31,825 nt of DNA, from the IMG/VR virus record IMGVR_UViG_3300045988_159010; one strand, given 5' to 3'. Below are positions 14,280 through 23,683 of the stretch, in pieces. The first letter of the stretch is position 1; each line of letters begins with the position of its first letter. Under the pieces are notes generated by a model that saw nothing but the letters and a program-made list of their open reading frames with translations, searched no databases and was not told the DNA's origin. A program made the translations under genes and the position numbers. This stretch comes from a virus.

Positions 14280-14401
14280 TGCTTATTTATTATATTAAAA
14301 TGCCCTAAATTTTTTCCCAAAAATTTTGACAAAATTGGGAAATTATTTGACAATAATTTTTATATACCTATGGAAAGAATAAATAAGAAAGGATTTTAGT
14401 T

Positions 14402-14833
14402 ATGAATTTATATCAAGGTTTTGGAAATAATCAAAGTTATTATCAACCACAAAGAGCAAATACAATAATACCTTCAAGTTAGTAGCAATAGCCAGCTTTT
14501 ATTGGGTTAAAAGGTCGGCCAGTTTCTTCATTAGAGGAGGCAAGAGCTGCTGCTATTGATTTTGATGGTTCTGTATTTTTCTTTCCTGATTTGGCTAATA
14601 AAAGGATTTATACTAAGCAAATTAATTTAGATGGAACAGCATCTATGAATATGTATGAGTATAAAGAAGTTCCTACTGAAGCTTTTAATTCATCTAATTT
14701 TGTTACTCGTTAGGAATTTGATGAAACATTAAATGATATTAAAGGTGCATTAAATATGATAGCTTAGTAGACTTAGCAGCAAAAACAATAGCCAAAAGTA
14801 GAAGAACAGTCTAAACCACAGATTAATTTTTAA
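14402..14833 (+). CDS. Hypothetical Q-rich protein (143 aa), 10 in-frame TAG
   Basis: Two TTGACA hexamers lie upstream (14326-14331 and 14347-14352), then RBS AAAGGA and ATG 14402. Frame 2 runs to TAA 14831-14833. With TAG=Q it reads SSQQQQPAF and IAQQTQQQKQQPKVEEQ, where TAG codons are interleaved with CAA/CAG. Confidence 0.55.
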
Positions 14834-14846
14834 GGAGTAATGAATT

Positions 14847-15083
14847 ATGCAGATGAATCCTATGTAGATTATTCAAATGATAAGAAGTGGGTCTAATCCT
14901 CAATAGCTAATGATGTCATTTTTATAGCAATAGAATAATCCAATGGCGAATAATTTGTTATAGATGGCATAGAATGGAAATATTAGTGGAATAGAGCAAA
15001 TAGCACGTAACATGTGTGCATAGAAAGGATTAGACTTTGATAAAGAATTTAGTTCCTTTAAGCAATAGCTTGGAATTAAATAA
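14847..15083 (+). CDS. Small hypothetical protein (78 aa) with 11 TAG codons (14%)
   Basis: RBS AAGGAG (14832-14837) plus ATG 14847 in frame 0, running to TAA 15081-15083. The translation MQMNPMQIIQMIRSGSNPQQLMMSFLQQQNNPMANNLLQMAQNGNISGIEQIARNMCAQKGLDFDKEFSSFKQQLGIK is natural only if TAG is a sense codon. Confidence 0.55.
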
Positions 15084-15109
15084 TATATTTATTAAAGGAG
15101 GACATTTTT

Positions 15110-15961
15110 ATGTTCAACACAAGTAATGGTTATAGTTTAGCTGATATTGCCGCGGCCACAGGCGGTAATGGATACCGTAATGGTGATGATGGTATGTGGG
15201 GTAATGGTGCATGGTGGATAATTATTCTTTTCCTTTTCTGCTTCAATGGCTGGGGCGGAAATGGCTGGGGTAATGGCGCCAATGGTTCTGGATATCAGGG
15301 AACTACAACAAGAGAAGAATTAACTTATGGCTTTGATGTAAGCGACATTAAGTCTGGCATTAATTCTTTACAGACAGGTTTATGTAATGGTTTTGCTGGC
15401 GTTAATAATAATTTATTAACTGGCTTTGCAGGCGTTACTGAAACTTTAAATGGAAATGCTCGTACCTTGCAATCTGATATTAGTAATTTAGGCATGAATG
15501 CTATGTAGAATACTTTTGGTATTACTCAAGCTATTAATGCTGATACTATTGCTAATATGTAGAACACAAACGCTCTTTCTCAGCAATTAAATAATATGGC
15601 AGCAACAAATGCTCATTGCTGCTGCGAGAATAAGAATCTTATTACATCAAGCTTCGCTGATTTAAATTATAATTTAGCAAGTCAAGCTTGTCAAAACCGT
15701 CAAGTAGTTAATGAAGGAGTAAGAGATATTATTGACAATACTAATGCTAGTATGCGTTCTATCCTTGATTTCCTTGTTCAAGATAAGATTGAAACTCTTA
15801 CTGCTGAAAATGCTACTCTTAAAGGTCAAATTTCTCAAAACTTACAGAATGCTTATTTAATAGACCAATTAAGCAGCAAAGCTCCTATCCCAGCTTATGT
15901 TGTTCAAAATCCTTATGCAGGAACTAATTATACTGGATGTGGATGCTAGTATACTGCTTAA
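15110..15961 (+). CDS. Gly/Trp-rich membrane protein (283 aa): GNGWG repeats, one TM (WWIIILFLFCF), Cys-rich C-terminus. 3 in-frame TAG
   Basis: RBS AAAGGAGG plus ATG 15110. ORF-track pieces 15110 and 15596 are both in frame 2 and are joined through TAGs. Ends at TAA 15959-15961. Confidence 0.55.
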
Positions 15962-15981
15962 TAAAGAAAAGAGGTTAAAAA

Positions 15982-16401
15982 ATGGAAATAACAGCTAATG
16001 CTTTACAAACGGTAAATGCCAATGGTAATGTAGTGTTTACTAATACCGCTGTTCCAGGTAGTTGCGCCATGGTTCATCGTGAAGGTAGCGGATTAGTAAC
16101 TTTACGAGGCATAACTAATCAATGTAGAGCCAGATTTAAGGTTACTTTTGGAGCTAATGTAGCTCTTCCAACTGGTGCAACTGTAGCTCCTATTTCTTTG
16201 GCAATAGCTATTAATGGGGAGCCTGTTGCAGAAACTACAATGATTTCAACTCCAACTGCAGTAGAATAGTTTAATAGTATTTCTCGTGCTTTATTTTTAA
16301 ATGTTCCACGTGGATGTTGCCAATAGATAAGTGTTGAGAATACCAGTGCTTCTGCCGTCAGTGTTGAAAATGCCAGTCTTATTATAGAAAGGGTGGCTTG
16401 A
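15982..16401 (+). CDS. BclA C-terminal-domain-like (C1q/TNF-fold) protein, 139 aa, 2 in-frame TAG
   Basis: RBS AAGAGG plus ATG 15982. The C-terminus ...SVENASLIIERVA closely parallels the Bacillus BclA / collagen-like exosporium protein C-terminus ...SIIIEKVA. The IAINGEPV segment matches the BclA beta-sandwich region IQVNGVPV. Ends at TGA 16399-16401. Confidence 0.55.
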
Positions 16402-16403
16402 CT

Positions 16404-16955
16404 ATGATGGAAAAATTATGTTAGATTAAAAATAGTTTAATAACTTTAGTTGAATAGCAAATGGCTAATCCTCAACAAGCAGATACCCATGAAATGGGAG
16501 AAGTTATTGATATGATTAAAGATTTGGCCGAAACTTGTTATTATGGATCAATCGTAGATGCTATGATAGGGAGTAAGGAAGAAGAAATTTATGGCATCGG
16601 TATGATGAAAGACCCTCGTAAACGTAAAAATCCATATCCTTATTATGTAAATAATGATTATTATGAAGATAAACATTATGGTAAGGATTATGATGGCGGA
16701 TATAACGGCTATAGTTATACAGGCACAGGCGGAATGAATGATGATAGTAAAAAAATGGGCCATAGCCCAATGAAGCGTAAATCTTACATTGAAAGTAAGG
16801 AACATCATATGGACTAGGCCCAATAGATGAGAGAGCTAGAAGATTATGCCCAAGTTCTAACTTCTGATCTTTTAGAAATGATTCAGGATGCTACTCCTGA
16901 AGAAAAACAATTATTACAAAGAAAGATAGCCACATTAGCTACAAAAATTGTATAA
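16404..16955 (+). CDS. Tyr/Gly/Asp-rich protein (183 aa), spore-coat-like composition. 6 in-frame TAG
   Basis: ATG 16404 lies 2 nt after the preceding TGA, in frame 0, and runs to TAA 16953-16955. It contains the ORF-track piece 16461-16817. Composition example: NPYPYYVNNDYYEDKHYGKDYDGGYNGYSYTGTGG. Confidence 0.5.
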
Positions 16956-16960
16956 GAATA

Positions 16961-17000
16961 AAAATAAGGGGAAGTAATTACTTCCCTTTATTTTTTTTAT
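16961..17000. terminator. Bidirectional rho-independent terminator at the convergence of the + and - modules
   Basis: Palindrome gggaagtaattacttccc with an A-run on the 5' side and a T-run on the 3' side. It therefore works as a terminator on both strands. Confidence 0.8.
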
Positions 17001-17002
17001 TC

Positions 17003-17434
17003 TTATACATCATGGACAGGTAATTGGATTGCCCGTTCATAATAAGTCTTTGCTTGACCATTTCCGCCCAAGCTAGTATAAACTTTATAAAATTCTACTA
17101 ATTGTTCGTACTCACCATTTGTCATAAATCCTTGCTGGATATATGCTTTACATAATTGAGTCAATCTAAAACGATAAGAAGCTAAAATTACATCCATATG
17201 ATTATTTGCAATTTTATTGCTTTCTAGTACATACTTTCGTAATTCTTCAATTTCTTGACGAATTGGCTCAATATGAGTTTCAATTGTATTATCTAAAGTA
17301 CTATTCTCTTTTTCTTCAGTTAGTTTTTTATAAGTTTTCATTTTGCTATGAAGATGTTTGCAGAAAGCTAGGGCGCCCGCAGAAATTAATCCAAAAATAA
17401 TTTCAAGCAGATGTGTTGTGATAAATTCTAACAT
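17003..17434 (-). CDS. Hypothetical membrane protein (143 aa, N-terminal TM helix)
   Basis: Complete ORF with no internal TAG. RBS GGGAGGA. TACAAT and TTGGGA-like promoter elements lie upstream. TM segment LLEIIFGLISAGALAF. Confidence 0.5.
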   Translation of the reverse strand: MLEFITTHLLEIIFGLISAGALAFCKHLHSKMKTYKKLTEEKENSTLDNTIETHIEPIRQEIEELRKYVLESNKIANNHMDVILASYRFRLTQLCKAYIQQGFMTNGEYEQLVEFYKVYTSLGGNGQAKTYYERAIQLPVHDV

Positions 17435-17520
17435 TTATATAATCCTCCCGACATGAATTTGTCGCTCTTTCTCATATTATAAATGAAAGAAAGAATTATA
17501 TAATTGTATAAAATTGCCCG

Positions 17521-18027
17521 TCATTCCCAATTTAATTCATCCTACTACGCTTTAAAATATGCAGTATATAAACATATAGCATCACAAACATCATCATTTG
17601 CTTCAATACCATATGTATCTTTTACATATTTTATGTCAAGAGGTTTAAGATTTTCACGTTTAATACCGCGGCCTGTTTTAATTCCTAAATTTTTTCGCCA
17701 TTCACTAGCTTGCATAAATTCTATGCTTTTGGAATTTATATTATCATTTACACTATGAGCACCAAGGACTATAGAGCCTTGAAGCCACATAAGTAAACGA
17801 GCTGTATCTGAGTAGCCATAAGCTTCTGGATGAACATCTTCAGCTATTAATTTTTCTATATTATACTATTTTACTAATTCAATAATTCCACTTTGTATCT
17901 TTTGGATACGGCTTACATTATTAGAAGAAGATGCAGTAATTAATCCATAAGTAATTAATTTACCTTTGTCATCTGATATAGCGTATCCAGTAGATTTTGT
18001 GGATAAGTCTAAAAATAAAAAATTCAT
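17521..18027 (-). CDS. ruvC: RuvC-like Holliday junction resolvase (168 aa), 3 in-frame TAG
   Basis: RBS GGAGGAG plus ATG 18027. The N-terminus MNFLFLDLSTKSTGYAI matches the RuvC catalytic-Asp motif, and the C-terminus has DDVCDAICL. The ORF track stops at TAG 17545, but two consecutive TAGs are read through to TGA 17521-17523. Confidence 0.65.
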
Positions 18028-18069
18028 ATAAATCTCCTCCTATTATAGAAGGAGATTATTATTTATTGA

Positions 18070-18618
18070 TTAATTATTAACGTCCTTACTGGTTGAACCA
18101 AATCCGCCAATTCTTGTACCTTTAGCTTTATCATCATCTGTAATAAGATAATTACGAATAATCCCTTGACCAATAATATCGCCCTTGGCAATTTCAATAT
18201 CAAAAGGTGAGAGATTAATTAATTGAAAATAAATATGACCCTCATTATCAGGATTGTTATAATAATCAGCATCAATGATGCCAACACTATTAGCCATAAT
18301 AATCCAATGCTTTAAGGGTAAAGAAGAACGAACAGATAGTTCAAGGAATTGTCCATCTTCCATATGGCACTTCATTCCAGTAGGGATAAGAGTAGGTTTT
18401 AAATTAAGTCCCTTAGTAATTTTAGCCATATCATTCAAAGAAATAATATCGTTAGTAGCTGCCCCATTTTTAAAAACTTCTACAATATGGGTATATGAAG
18501 GAATTACAACATCTTCAGCAGATGCAAAATCATAACCAGCACTATATTTAGTCTTACGTTCTGGCATTGGTAAATCCCAATTATTATATTTACTTACCTT
18601 TTCAAAATAAATACTCAT
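18070..18618 (-). CDS. dut: dUTPase
   Basis: Motifs SAGYD, GIIDADY and RIGGFGSTS. No TAG. Ends at TAA. Confidence 0.85.
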   Translation of the reverse strand: MSIYFEKVSKYNNWDLPMPERKTKYSAGYDFASAEDVVIPSYTHIVEVFKNGAATNDIISLNDMAKITKGLNLKPTLIPTGMKCHMEDGQFLELSVRSSLPLKHWIIMANSVGIIDADYYNNPDNEGHIYFQLINLSPFDIEIAKGDIIGQGIIRNYLITDDDKAKGTRIGGFGSTSKDVNN

Positions 18619-18893
18619 TAGTTAATTATAGTCTCCCCGTCAAAATTAGTTCTGGTTGTATAACAAAGTGAAATATGATCTGTCGGTTCTTTTTCATCAT
18701 TAAATTTTTTTACAAGGGTTACTTGATACCATTCATCAATAATCTCGCCCTTCTATTTACGTTCTTTCTTTGTAGAAGAATATTTAGCTAAATCATATTC
18801 TCTATCCTACTTAGCATTATTAATAAGCTCAGCTGCTTCTTTTTCTGTGTCTACTCTATATACTTCAGTAGTATTAATTAAATATTCAAACAT
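18618..18893 (-). CDS. Hypothetical protein (91 aa), 2 in-frame TAG
   Basis: RBS GGAGAA plus ATG 18893. Its TAA overlaps the dut ATG (TAATG). Confidence 0.45.
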
Positions 18894-18904
18894 ATTTTCT
18901 CCTA

Positions 18905-19165
18905 TTAATTTACATAAACTTTAATATTATTATTACTATACTTAGTAATTAAAGAATTTTCAATAGTTTCTTTAAGACCTTCGCCATAAGTTTGATTACC
19001 ATAAAGATGAATATCACTATCTTTATATTGTTCTGATAGCTTAGTTAAAGTATCACTAAGATTATCAAGACGGCAAGTGCAAACCATAATAGGCTTTTTA
19101 TCATTTGGACCTTGGTAATAAATAATTTGTGTTGTATTAAATAAATCAAAATAAGTAAATAACAT
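18905..19165 (-). CDS. Hypothetical protein (86 aa)
   Basis: Complete ORF. RBS GGAGA. Ends at TAA. Confidence 0.45.
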   Translation of the reverse strand: MLFTYFDLFNTTQIIYYQGPNDKKPIMVCTCRLDNLSDTLTKLSEQYKDSDIHLYGNQTYGEGLKETIENSLITKYSNNNIKVYVN

Positions 19166-19167
19166 AA

Positions 19168-19683
19168 TTATCTCCCTATCACTGGAACAATGCCAGCATC
19201 ATAATCAAATAAATGATAGCAATGAGTTTCATCGTTATTTGTAATCCAAATTTCAACTGCCCCAGAGCCACTATCATTAATGTCTTTAATCTGTCCTAAA
19301 TCTTTAATAATATCATAAACGGCGGAAGTCATATTAAGATAAGGATTATCATTGCTCAAGCTATTAGTTTCAAATACTGTATAATAATTTAGTTCATTAC
19401 ACAAAAGCATAAAATACTTATCAGAACTTTCTTGAACATAGGTATCAATAACTTCTAATTTTTTATCTATTTCTTCTGGAGTTAGTTCTTTCATTTGGCC
19501 AATTACACATTTATTTAATTCATAATTGCTCATTTTAAAATCGACGCCATCTGCTAATACACCCCATTCAGTGCCGGACCAGACATAATTATGGGTATCA
19601 GTAGTATTATAGAATACATCTCCTGCTTTTGGTTCTTTCTATATTGCTTCTTCTAAATTGGCAATCTTTCCTCTGTATCTCAT
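19168..19683 (-). CDS. Hypothetical protein (171 aa), 1 in-frame TAG
   Basis: RBS GGAG plus ATG 19683, which overlaps the nrdG TAA (TAATG). The frame continues through a TAG into the ORF-track piece 19168-19533. Confidence 0.5.
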
Positions 19684-20168
19684 TAATTCATCTCCTTTAA
19701 GTTTATAATATTTTGATTTTTACTACCTCTCATTGATAATGTAATATCTCTTTGAGACTGAATATATGGACCATCAATTAATACATCAGCTTTTTTAAGA
19801 ATTTCTTGAAGCTTACCATTAGTAGTTTGCTTAATTAAATCGTCATAATAATATCCAGTCCAAACATAAATTTTAGTATCAGGAAGCTTTTCTTTAATTG
19901 TATTAATAAGAAGTAGAGTGAGTAATTGATTTTGTTCACATAATGGTTCACCACCCATTATACAAAAATTTCTATGAATGCCATTAGCTTGAAGGGCTTG
20001 AAATATTTCTCCAAAAGTCTCATTAGTAAATTCTTTACCTTTTTCGAAATCCCAAGTTTCAGGATTATGACATCCAAAGCAATGATGTGGGCAACCTTGG
20101 GTGAAAAAGGAGACACATACTCCCGGAGCTGCGGCTATATCATTTTTTATAATTCCTGCGTATTTCAT
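19683..20168 (-). CDS. nrdG: Anaerobic ribonucleotide reductase activating protein (radical SAM)
   Basis: CxxxCxxC cluster GCPHHCFGC. The real start MKYAGI at 20168 follows RBS GGAGG and overlaps the upstream TGA (ATGA). No TAG. Confidence 0.8.
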   Translation of the reverse strand: MKYAGIIKNDIAAAPGVCVSFFTQGCPHHCFGCHNPETWDFEKGKEFTNETFGEIFQALQANGIHRNFCIMGGEPLCEQNQLLTLLLINTIKEKLPDTKIYVWTGYYYDDLIKQTTNGKLQEILKKADVLIDGPYIQSQRDITLSMRGSKNQNIINLKEMN

Positions 20169-20512
20169 TCTATAACCTCCCAAGAACAACAATATAAATC
20201 ACAGCAAGGTATAATTACTTGTTCTAACATTTCTTCATTATCATAATTTTTAGATATTTTTACCTTATTAAATCTATAACCTCTAACGTTATGTTTTATT
20301 GGAGTCCATATCCATTGTTCATTATTTTCTTGCCATTCTATACGGGTTTTCGATATTCTAATTGGTGTAATATTATTTTTATTCAAATAATCATAAACTT
20401 CTTGGGAATTATCCGTTATATAAGCACATATTACTATCTAATTAGAACAAGGATATTTTCTTCCTTCTTCCTAATTAAAATAGTTAGCTAAATCATAAAT
20501 TGAACGTCTCAT
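20165..20512 (-). CDS. Small Cys-rich hypothetical protein (115 aa) between nrdD and nrdG, 2 in-frame TAG
   Basis: ATG 20512 overlaps the nrdD TGA (ATGA). C-terminus CCDLYCCSW. The ORF-track piece 20165-20386 is its 3' part. Confidence 0.45.
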
Positions 20513-22773
20513 TCCATCTACCCCGTATGCTTTACTCGTGCTTCTACTTCTTTTTGCTTGCCATAATTAAAAGCTGTTTTGTAGTTTCCAGTTAAATAAC
20601 CAGTTACACGGCGTAATTGCTAGATATTAGTACTGCCGCATTCAGGACATTTATCATTAAATTCATCACAATATCCGCAATCAAGACAAGTATCATTAGG
20701 CACGTTTACTGCGAAATAAGGAATATCCTTATCCATAGCATAATTAACAATTTGTTCAAGAGCATCAATATTGTGTTTTACGGTGGAATCTAATTCTACG
20801 TATGTGATACATCCAGCAGAAGAATAACCAGTCAATTGGCTCTCAATGTCAATCTTATCAAAAGGTGACATTTTTTTCCAAACGGGAACATGAATACTGT
20901 TAGTAAAAAATTCTTTATCAGAGACATTAGGGATAATACCATATTTCTCTTTAAATTTAGTCATTGCCGTATAGCATAAATTTTCAGCAGGAGTGTAATA
21001 AACTCCAAAATTAAGTTTAAATTGTTCTTTTGCTTTTGCACAGTAATCTTTAAACATTTGTTCAATTCGTTTCGCTAATTCCATACCTTCTTTAGTTGTA
21101 TGGTCTTTACCAATAAGAATCTAAAGAGTTTCTGCTAAACCAATTTGTCCAATGGCTAATGTGCCATGCTTAAGGGCACTTCTAATTCCTTCTTCTGGAA
21201 TATAGCCAGCCATTAAATTATTTTCATACATAAATTTAGCAGACTTAGGATCTTGAGAGCAAATCCAATCAAAACGCTCCATTAATTGAATGCGAGCTTC
21301 ATTAATTTTTCTATTTAATAAAGCCATAAATACTGGAATAATATCTTCTTCTTGCCCTTCTTCTTCACATTCTTTTTTAGCAATCATAGCTAAAGTAGGA
21401 AGAATAATAGTTACTGGACAAATATTACCACGGCCATCTTTTAACTAACCGAAACCGTTAATATCGTACCCATTGGCTGTTCTGCATCCCATTGTAGAAA
21501 AATAGGTGCGGGGGTCATTGATGTCATATCCAGCGTTCCCTGACCAATCAACATTTGCATAGTTGGGATATAATCTTTGGGCGGTGGACTATAGTGCGAG
21601 TTTAAACAAATCATAATTTGGGTCACCTGGTTCACGGTTAACTCCTTTCATGCATTGGAAAATACCACAAGGGAAAATAGATGTTTTATGCAATTTACCA
21701 ATACCTTCAATAGATACATCTAAAAGTGCTTTAGTAATCATTCTTCCTTCTGGAAGAGTACAAGTACCATAATTAATAGATGTGAAAGGTAATTGATTAC
21801 CAGAACGAGATTGTAAAGTATTAAGGTTATGATACATACCTTCTACTGCTTGATGAACTTCTTTTAAAGTCATATCCATAGCGTATTGATATACTTTATC
21901 AAAATCTCCAGCATCATCTGCTTCATTTAGATAAGCTGAATAATTATTAATCGGAATATCTATGATTTTTTTATAGGTATCGCTATCTTCTAAATAGTTA
22001 TCTAAATTCCAATTACAATTGCATAAGTATTTCATACCATCACGATAATGCTTATAAAAAGATTTACGAACATAAGGAACCATAGTCCAATCAAGATGGG
22101 TCGCACTAACGCCACCAAATTGAGAAAGACTTTGAATTTGGAAAATAACAGCCACTAATTGGAAAGCTGTATTTACTGAACCTGCTGGACGTACATCTGT
22201 CTGGCGTGTATTAAATCCTTTAGCAAGTAAATCATCAAAAGGTACACTTAAACAATTATGAGAACCAACATAATAAGCATCTAAATCATGAGTATAAATT
22301 ATATTTTCTAAATGATTTTTGCGTGTCATAGGAGATACAATATAATCTAAAGCTAATTGTTTAGTTACTACACTACTGGCTTCACCAATACGGCCACCAA
22401 ATGATGCTTCATCTACATTGGCGTTTTGATTTTTAATATCTTTGCCATCTAATTTTTTTCTAATGGCTTGGATAAAATCATCTTTCTTTTGTCGTGCTAC
22501 TTCTTTTTTATATCTATATCTAATATAAGCTCGTGCAACATCACGTCGTTCTGACTACATTAAATAATCTTCAATTATATCTTGGATATCTTCTACTTCA
22601 ATACTACCATCTGGACATTTATTTATCCAAGATTCAATATCATTGGCAATATCAGTAGCTGTATCATTTTCATATAACTATCCATCGATTTCTATAAATG
22701 CCTTATTGATAGCATTAATTATTTTATTTTTATCAAATAATACAACTGTACCATCACGTTTAATTATATACAT
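20509..22773 (-). CDS. nrdD: Anaerobic ribonucleoside-triphosphate reductase (754 aa) with 7 in-frame TAG
   Basis: RBS GGAGG plus ATG 22773. N-terminal ATP-cone MYIIKRDGTVVLFDKNKIINAI. C-terminal Zn-ribbon CLDCGYCDEFNDKCPECGS, then the glycyl-radical motif RRVTGYL just after a TAG. Ends at TGA 20509-20511. The ORF-track pieces 21589-22329, 21121-21387 and 20620-21084 are all in this frame and are separated only by TAG codons. Confidence 0.85.
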
Positions 22774-22784
22774 TTTAACCTCCG

Positions 22785-22828
22785 CACTAAATATAGTATA
22801 AATTTTTGAACTTATACTATATTTAGTG
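22785..22828 (-). promoter_or_regulatory. Tandem NrdR-box-like palindromes (17-bp perfect inverted repeat, 10-bp spacer) immediately upstream of the nrdD RBS
   Basis: CACTAAATATAGTATAA, a 10-nt spacer, then TTATACTATATTTAGTG. Each arm is close to the NrdR box consensus acaCwAtATaTwGtgt. The centres are about 29 bp apart and overlap the likely -10 region. Confidence 0.45.
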
Positions 22829-22864
22829 TTTATTATTAATTCATTATCTACTTTGGGTTAAGAT

Positions 22865-23434
22865 TTAGTACCAAAACCAATCATAATCTGTAATTATATC
22901 ACAGCATTTTAATCTATCTCTTTCCGTTTCATTAAATAAAATTTGCATATTATCAAAATTTATATTTTTAAAGTCTTCTTCATCAGCAGAATAACGTCTA
23001 ATAATTTCTTTGATATTAGGGTATTCTTCTCTATTTAATTGACGAAGGAAACGCTGTTTATCAGAAGCATGAATATAATATATTCGTAAATCAATTTCTG
23101 AAAAATTGATTAATGATCTAATCCCAGAAGGATTAAAAATACCTATATTAATTTTATCATCAGCTAAACATTTAATACCAGTTCCATACCACCAATTATT
23201 AAATTGAACATATTCAAGCATTTGATTATTATTTATCATTTGCTTAAAATCTTCTTCAGATATAAAATGATATTCTTTTCCTTCTGTCTCTCCCTCACGC
23301 ATTGGACGAGTTGTATAAGAAACAACAATATTCATAGGTAATTCATAAGCTTTTACTACATCTTTTAAAATAGTATCTTTGCCTGAACCGGCTTTACCTA
23401 TAAGTGCGACTAATTGATATTTTTTATTATTCAT
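22865..23434 (-). CDS. gmk: Guanylate kinase-like nucleoside monophosphate kinase
   Basis: P-loop GKAGSGKDT and the guanylate kinase signature TTRPMREGETEGKEYHFISEEDF. No TAG. Confidence 0.7.
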   Translation of the reverse strand: MNNKKYQLVALIGKAGSGKDTILKDVVKAYELPMNIVVSYTTRPMREGETEGKEYHFISEEDFKQMINNNQMLEYVQFNNWWYGTGIKCLADDKINIGIFNPSGIRSLINFSEIDLRIYYIHASDKQRFLRQLNREEYPNIKEIIRRYSADEEDFKNINFDNMQILFNETERDRLKCCDIITDYDWFWY

Positions 23435-23683
23435 TTATTATTCCTTCTATTAAAAGACTAAAAACAATATTTACCATTACAACAATTATAAGAACACGAT
23501 CCTAAAAACTATGTTAAAAGGCATAAGATATCTGGAGTATATACCATCCAATAATCATTTCCATTTAACTCTCTTATAATTACTCTAAGATAAGGAGTCT
23601 ATTCAAATTTAATTAAAATTGTTCCTCTAATTTCAATATATTGATGGGTTTTTAACAAATCCTATAATTCATCATAATCAATT

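Noticed and set aside
14326-14366. Two TTGACA hexamers upstream of gene 14402 as a clean promoter
   Set aside because: The spacing to any TATAAT-like hexamer is wrong (8 nt, or 17 nt to GACAAT). Kept only as a low-confidence note, not as a feature.
14847-14900. Possible +1 frameshift near 14880 in the 78-codon gene
   Set aside because: It came from my own mis-transcription of one line. On re-reading, caa atg ata aga agt ggg is contiguous in frame 0, so no frameshift is needed.
20620-20622. Apparent nrdD stop at 20620 (TAG) as called by the ORF track
   Set aside because: The conserved glycyl-radical C-terminus (RRVTGYL...) lies downstream of this TAG in the same frame. The true stop is TGA at 20509.
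21441-21635. 64-aa ORF on the - strand inside nrdD
   Set aside because: It is in a different frame from the continuous nrdD reading frame and overlaps it. No RBS, so it is spurious.
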